Shown: in pieces, positions 57,767 through 64,000 of the stretch | Layout: each line of letters begins with the position of its first letter | How positions within the stretch are numbered: the first letter of the stretch is position 1 | From: Candidatus Krumholzibacteriia bacterium | GTDB lineage: Bacteria > Krumholzibacteriota > Krumholzibacteriia > JAJRXK01 | Direction: 5' to 3' | Length of the DNA: 64,000 bases | NCBI GenBank assembly: GCA_035268685.1 | Contig: DATFKK010000087.1 | Span: 15,717 to 79,716, forward strand | Program-made: the position numbers and the translations under genes | Notes under the pieces: generated by a model | The model's input: the letters and a program-made list of their open reading frames with translations, nothing else | Told to the model about the DNA's origin: nothing | The model's database searches: none

Positions 57767-57921
57767 GGTGGTCCTTTCGGGTTCAGGGGCCGGCAGAGGC
57801 CTGGTTTTCATGAGAACGCGCGATGACCGTGCAACCGCACAGGTGAAGTTCCGAGATCTCCGATGGAGCCTCGGGACGATCGGTCCGGATCGTGGCTCTC
57901 GGCCGGTGCAGGACGCAGGAC

Positions 57922-58299
57922 TCAGGGGACGACGGAAAGCGTCGCCTCGGCGCTCCAGTGATTGAGCAGCGTGTCGCCCTTCACGAAGGCGAAGACCAGA
58001 CGGTTCACCTTCGGGGTCTCGATCTCCACGAATCGCTCGTCGTGGGTGGCGTCGTACTCGAACACATAGCCGGTCCACGGCGTCCCGGTGTCCTGTCCCA
58101 TGTCCATCTCGAAGTCGCGGTGGGGGGCTCCCAGACGGACACGGACGTCGGCGATGGTCATGCCGACCTCGAGCGCTCTGATCTGATCGTCGGAGAAGGG
58201 GCGGTACTCGATCCGCGGTCCCGTCGTGGCGCAGGCGGTGAGACCGGTCGCGGCCAGGACGGCGAGAACCACACCGGCGGTGTTTCGCATGGCCTTCAT
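57922..58299 (-). CDS. BamE (SmpA/OmlA)-like lipoprotein
   Basis: Lipobox LAATGLTAC. IEYRPFSDDQIRALEVGMTIADVRVRLGAPH parallels the BamE pattern. ATGA overlap with the upstream protease stop. Confidence 0.55.
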   Translation of the reverse strand: MKAMRNTAGVVLAVLAATGLTACATTGPRIEYRPFSDDQIRALEVGMTIADVRVRLGAPHRDFEMDMGQDTGTPWTGYVFEYDATHDERFVEIETPKVNRLVFAFVKGDTLLNHWSAEATLSVVP

Positions 58300-59717
58300 C
58301 GCTGTCCGACCTCCAGTTCGGCCAGCCGGCTCCGGCGTGACCAGTAGTAGGGCTCGAAGTCGGCCCAGATCTGCTCGACGGTGTCGCGACGGAGCCGGAT
58401 CCGCAGCCGTTCGTCCGTCTCGGAGGTCAGGACGTGGAGCACGAGCTCGGGCCAGGTGCCATCGTCGTTCGGCGCGAAGATCGCGGGGTCGTAACGGTAC
58501 TGTCCGGCGCGAACGCGATTCGCTCCCGGCTCGGACGACTCCTCGATACGGCGTGTGGCCATGTCGAACTCGATCCACGACATGTCGCGGTCGAGCTCCT
58601 CGACCGACTCGCCGTCGCGGAAGAGCACGAAGCGCTCGAGTCCCTCCTCGAACCGTGCCGACACCTCGCCCGTCCATACGGACCGGGACACGTCGAGTTC
58701 GGGGAAACCCATGATGTCGACGGTGGGCTTCCACGCTCCGAGGTCCTCGTTCCATTCCTTCAGGTCCCCGAACCCCGCATCCGTGGTCTCCCCGGCCGAT
58801 GTCGGCGCCGCGTGATCGATCTGTCCCCTCTTGCCCATGTGATAGCGATGCGGTGGCGTCGTCACGTAGATCCTGAACCTCGGCATGTAGACGGGGTGCG
58901 CCGTGGATTGTGAATCCGCCGAGGCCCGCACCCACCGGGGCGCGTCGGGGCTCGCGACTTCATACGGTGTGTCGGGCCGATCCTTCTGGAGAGCAGCGAA
59001 CCGCAGGTGTGGCAACGGGAACGAACCTGCAGGGTACGGCTGCAGCAGCCGGTCGGACGGCACGTCGTCCGGATCGAGTGCCCGGAGGGCGTCGTCGAGT
59101 TCCCGCGTGACGACGTCGGCGCGGATCACGCCGGCCAGTCCCGCCCCCACCGCCGCGACGTCACCGAAGGTGCTGATGCCGAGCACTTCTCCGGCGGTGT
59201 TGAAGACGGGACCACCCGAACTCCCCGGATTGATGTTCAGATCACAGATCAGAGCATTCGAACTGGTGCGGCTGACCACTCCGGTGGTCAACGCGCGCTC
59301 CTGGTGGAGCGGACTGCCGATCGCGATCACCCGCTCCCCGGTCACGGCCAGTTCGTCGTTCCGACGGAACGTGACCACTTCGAGCCCTTCGACGACGGAG
59401 GGATGGACACGCAGGAATGCGACGTCCCTCTCCCGGTCGATGTGCGCGATCGTCGCCTCGACCCTGCGCTCGTCGTCGAGACGCACGCGGATCCAGTCCC
59501 CGTTCTCCACGACGTGGGCATTGGTGGCGATCAGCCCCTGCGCGTCGACGAGGAAACCGCTGCCGCGCGCGAATTCGGCGTTGACGGTGAACGTGCTGGG
59601 CGCGAAGCGGTCGAAGACCGCGGCCTCGGCGCTGATCTCGCGTTCCTGGGCGAGGGCCGGTACGGTCATCAGTGCGGCGATCAGCAAGGCTCCGCGGTGG
59701 GTGTGGAAACGTGGCAT
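58296..59717 (-). CDS. trypsin-like (S1/DegP-type) serine protease with C-terminal extension, secreted
   Basis: Signal peptide MPRFHTHRGALLIAALMTVPALAQE. GSGFLVD..GLIATNAHVV (His), DVAFLRV (Asp), NPGSSGGPVFN (Ser). GGAGGAAGA Shine-Dalgarno before ATG 59717. Confidence 0.75.
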   Translation of the reverse strand: MPRFHTHRGALLIAALMTVPALAQEREISAEAAVFDRFAPSTFTVNAEFARGSGFLVDAQGLIATNAHVVENGDWIRVRLDDERRVEATIAHIDRERDVAFLRVHPSVVEGLEVVTFRRNDELAVTGERVIAIGSPLHQERALTTGVVSRTSSNALICDLNINPGSSGGPVFNTAGEVLGISTFGDVAAVGAGLAGVIRADVVTRELDDALRALDPDDVPSDRLLQPYPAGSFPLPHLRFAALQKDRPDTPYEVASPDAPRWVRASADSQSTAHPVYMPRFRIYVTTPPHRYHMGKRGQIDHAAPTSAGETTDAGFGDLKEWNEDLGAWKPTVDIMGFPELDVSRSVWTGEVSARFEEGLERFVLFRDGESVEELDRDMSWIEFDMATRRIEESSEPGANRVRAGQYRYDPAIFAPNDDGTWPELVLHVLTSETDERLRIRLRRDTVEQIWADFEPYYWSRRSRLAELEVGQR

Positions 59718-60032
59718 TCTTCCTCCGCTGGCGGCAGAAGGGGCCTTCGCGGTCGATCGTATGGGCCGATCGGCCGGGGGCCCTCCGAGACCGGGAGGCC
59801 GCCGGGGGCATCGCGCACCGATCCGCGGCCGGACATCCCAGGAAGGGGCGAACTCCTCAGCTCCTTCTTCGGTAGACGAACGCTTTCGCCGAACCGAACG
59901 TGCCCGCGCACGGTCGCGACGGATTCCGGGTCGATTGGCGAACAACTCGTATTGATTTCGTGATACATTCAGGGGCATCTGCGCCCAACAGATCACGAAG
60001 CCCCCGACCGCTCCCGGAAAGGCTCTAGCACA

Positions 60033-62642
60033 ATGCGCTCGCAGTGGACCCGATGGTTCCTCCTGTCCACTCTTCTCATCGTCGTCTCCGGGGAGACGGC
60101 GCACGCCCAGTACTCCGAGGCCGATACCCTGGCGGCCGTGGCCCCCGGACTCGTCTACCGGGAGTACTCCCGGATCATGACCGGCAACGATTGGCGGGTC
60201 ACCGACCCGGACGCGCCCTTCGAAGGGCCGTCGTACAACTCACCGTCGACCTTCCTTCCGAACCCCGAGTTGGAGCTCACCGTGGATGACCTCCAGGGGG
60301 CGATCCGCGCCGTCGCGGTGATCGACGTCTGGGGGGGGCACGTCGGGACGATCGGCAAGCAATTCCGGCTGAACGACAGCACCTGGATCGACGTGCCCGA
60401 CATCGAGAACACGCCGAGTTCTCCGGAGTGCTACGTGCATCAGGTGTCGCTCGAGGTGGAGGTGCCGCTGGAGCACCTCGTCGAGGGCATGAACGTGCTC
60501 GAAGGCACATCGGGGCCGCAGACCTGCTTCGATTTCGGCTGGGGCCAGTGGGGCTGGTACGGGTTCATGCTGCGGATCTACTACGACCCCTTGCAGAAGG
60601 CGGCTCCGGCCGGGAACATCGTGTCTCCGGCCGACGGCGGAGTGCTGCGCGAGAATCCGATGTTCGAGATCGAGGCCATGAGTCCCGTGGGAGTCACCCG
60701 GGTCGACCTCGTCGGTCTGTACGACGCCTACGACGCCGACGGCGACGGCGTGTACCGTGAATGGCAGCAGAACTACCACCGCCCGACGAAGAACGATCCC
60801 TCGATGGTCGTGCGCGACCACATGGGAACCGCGACCACCGCGCCGCACCGGGTCACATGGGACACCCAGTGGATCCCGGATCAGGACCCGGAATCGATCG
60901 AGGCCGTCGCGCGCATCCGCGACTCCAGTGGACTGTGGTTCGTGACCGACCGGGTGACCGGGCTGTCCCTGGACCGCCCCGGAGTGGATGTCCGTCTGTA
61001 CCGGCCGAGCGACGTTCCGAGGAGCTACTGGGTCAGGGCCGGGCGGACGAGATCGAGCACCGTCCAGATCGCCTCGTCGCACGATCTGACCGACGTCCAG
61101 ACCGCCCGCCTGCTCACCCGGACCTGGAACGGAATCGCGGGGCAGTCCGAGCCGGGCGAGGACCACTGGACGCGCGTGAACGGGTGGACCACGCCGACCT
61201 ACGGCGTAGACCACTTCTACGCGTTCGATCAGGTGGAACTGCCGGTGGGAATCCTGGCGAACGGGACCAACCAGATCGAGTACTACGCCGAGTCGACGCA
61301 CCACGGCGTCGAGGTGCTCTGGCCGGGCCCGGCCGTGGTCGCTCGCTTCGAGGATTTCTCGGACGTCGCCGCGTACGTGTCCGACGCTCCCGACGACGCC
61401 ATGGTGGTCGAGGGTCAGTCGGCGACGTTCTCGGTGAGCACGCTCGGTGCCGAGCCGACCACCTACCAGTGGCAGCGCGACGGAGTGGACATCGAGGGCG
61501 CCACCGACCCGACGTTCACGACTCCGCCCACGACCGCGGCGGACGACGGCGCGCGTTACCGGTGCGTGGTGTCCAACGCCTTCGGGGGCGAGTCCAGCCC
61601 CGAGGCGACGCTGACGGTTCTCGTGCCCGGCCCGCGGGTGACCGACGGACAGCTGGTCCTCTACACGTTCGAAGAGGCCGGTGGCGACACGGTGTTCGAC
61701 CGCTCGGGAACGGAGAGCCCGGCGGATCTCGTGATCGAGGACACCTCCGCCGTGACGTGGTCCGATGGTGCCCTGACGGTGGACGGTTCCACCGTGATCT
61801 CGACGTCGGATCCACCCTCGAAGGTCATCGACGCGGCGCGAGCGAGCAACGCCTTCACCATCGAGGCCTGGATCGAGCCTGCGAACACCTCCCAGACCGG
61901 TCCGGCGCGCATTCTCACGCTGTCTTCGGGGCCCTTCGCGCGCAACTTCCTGCTCGGGCAGGGGGTGTTCGGGGGAGCCTCCGACGTGTTCGACGTGCGG
62001 TTCCGGTCGACCGGGACCGATGCGAACGGACAACCCTCGCTGACGTCTCCCGAGGGATCCCTGGAGACACTCGCGAGCCACGTGGTCTTCACGCGTCGCC
62101 CGAGTGGGACGACGTCGATCTTCGTCGATGGCGTGGAAGTCGCCCGCGGCACGAACCCGGGTGACCTGTCGAACTGGGACGAGACCTTCCGTCTGGCGCT
62201 CGGCAACGAACTCTCGGGCGACCGGCCGTGGTCGGGGACCTTCGACCTGATCGCCCTCTTCGGTCGGGCCCTCAGCAGTGAGGAAGTCGTCCAGAATTTC
62301 GCGGCGGGTCCCGCACCGACCGGGCAGGCGACATCGACTCCGCCGGCGCGTGGCTTCGATCTCGCCATGAACCGCCCGAATCCGTTCAACCCGCGTACGT
62401 CGATCTCCTTCGAACTTCCGGCCGCGGCAGAGGTCTCGCTCGCCGTCTTCGACCTCCGTGGTCGTCGGATCATCGATCTCGTTCGCTCTCGGCGCGAGGC
62501 GGGCGTACACCACGTGGTCTGGGACGGGCGCGACGCGCGCGGCAGTGGTGTTTCCAGCGGCGTCTATCTCTACCGGATCGACGCGGTGACCGATGACGGG
62601 CGCACCTTCCGTCATGCGCGGCGGATGACCCTGCTCGAGTGA
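60033..62642 (+). CDS. large secreted protein with Ig-like (I-set) and LamG/concanavalin-like domains and C-terminal FlgD-Ig/Por-type sorting domain
   Basis: Signal peptide MRSQWTRWFLLSTLLIVVSGETAHA. Ig-like YQWQRDGVDIEGATDP...ARYRCVVSNAFGGESSPEATLTV. LamG-like AFTIEAWIEP...GTFDLIALFGRALS. C-terminal NPFNPRTSISFELP...GVYLYRI...RRMTLLE. Confidence 0.65.
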   Translation: MRSQWTRWFLLSTLLIVVSGETAHAQYSEADTLAAVAPGLVYREYSRIMTGNDWRVTDPDAPFEGPSYNSPSTFLPNPELELTVDDLQGAIRAVAVIDVWGGHVGTIGKQFRLNDSTWIDVPDIENTPSSPECYVHQVSLEVEVPLEHLVEGMNVLEGTSGPQTCFDFGWGQWGWYGFMLRIYYDPLQKAAPAGNIVSPADGGVLRENPMFEIEAMSPVGVTRVDLVGLYDAYDADGDGVYREWQQNYHRPTKNDPSMVVRDHMGTATTAPHRVTWDTQWIPDQDPESIEAVARIRDSSGLWFVTDRVTGLSLDRPGVDVRLYRPSDVPRSYWVRAGRTRSSTVQIASSHDLTDVQTARLLTRTWNGIAGQSEPGEDHWTRVNGWTTPTYGVDHFYAFDQVELPVGILANGTNQIEYYAESTHHGVEVLWPGPAVVARFEDFSDVAAYVSDAPDDAMVVEGQSATFSVSTLGAEPTTYQWQRDGVDIEGATDPTFTTPPTTAADDGARYRCVVSNAFGGESSPEATLTVLVPGPRVTDGQLVLYTFEEAGGDTVFDRSGTESPADLVIEDTSAVTWSDGALTVDGSTVISTSDPPSKVIDAARASNAFTIEAWIEPANTSQTGPARILTLSSGPFARNFLLGQGVFGGASDVFDVRFRSTGTDANGQPSLTSPEGSLETLASHVVFTRRPSGTTSIFVDGVEVARGTNPGDLSNWDETFRLALGNELSGDRPWSGTFDLIALFGRALSSEEVVQNFAAGPAPTGQATSTPPARGFDLAMNRPNPFNPRTSISFELPAAAEVSLAVFDLRGRRIIDLVRSRREAGVHHVVWDGRDARGSGVSSGVYLYRIDAVTDDGRTFRHARRMTLLE

Positions 62643-62982
62643 TCCTTCGACTCTTCGTCAGACCGAGAAGGGCCCGGCCATCGGCAGATGGTCGGGCCTT
62701 CGTCTGCCGGTCGGGTGACCTTGCATGGGGTCGGTGCCTCCACCGCGTCTTCGGCGTCGTCGGGGTCGTGCCCGGAGGGGCGGGCCTGGGCAGAACCCCG
62801 ACCGTCTTCCGGCCGCTGCTCCGGGACATCGGCGAAGTGGTCTCGCGTGCTGCGGAGCGCTCGCGGACGGCGGCAGCCACCCTGGACACCCCGCCCACCC
62901 TTGACTAGCCTCACCGGATCGCCGGCGCCGACCCCACACGCCGGCCGCGCACCCACGACGCCCGCAGGCGGGAGCCCGATCC

Positions 62983-64000
<1,018 letters not shown>

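Overview
This is a ~70% GC bacterial chromosomal window with dense coding on both strands. Most long antisense ORFs in the six-frame track are GC-driven artefacts and are not reported as features. I support about 58 genes. Recognisable housekeeping content: pgi, a phosphohexomutase, agmatinase, selD, glutaryl-CoA dehydrogenase-like, miaE, PNP, nupC-udk-hpt nucleoside salvage, guaB, queG, and glnS (runs off the 3' end). Regulators and signalling: a hybrid sensor kinase (HisKA-HATPase-REC-REC-Hpt), LysR, LytTR, a CheY-like REC, and cNMP-binding proteins. Envelope and secretion: two Omp85/BamA-family barrels, Hsp20, rhomboid, a trypsin-like protease plus a BamE-like lipoprotein, an M14 carboxypeptidase with a DUF1800/DUF1501 pair, and two large secreted proteins sharing a C-terminal FlgD-Ig/Por-type sorting domain. 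Several observations are not explained by the ORF track. (1) selD is a selenoprotein: an in-frame TGA codon aligns exactly with the catalytic Cys17 of E. coli SelD, so the true gene is 14139..15194 and the track truncated its N-terminus. (2) A DUF2064 (TIGR04282-like) protein and a GT2 glycosyltransferase are divergently paired about 9 kb from selD. This pair is described in the literature as rSAM/selenodomain-associated, but no radical-SAM partner is seen in the window. (3) An HPF-like ribosome hibernation factor, a bacterial aeRF1/Pelota-like (baeRF) protein and a stand-alone REC domain form a minus-strand cluster divergent from the LysR gene. (4) A tandem cNMP-binding protein sits in an operon with a transporter-HEAT-repeat fusion. 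(5) An NYN-S1 nuclease fusion with an acidic (DEY)n linker heads a four-gene minus-strand operon. (6) A degenerate 20-bp tandem repeat and TTCC/GGAA palindromes lie in a ~700 bp convergent gap after queG. No tRNA, rRNA, CRISPR array or clear mobile element was found.
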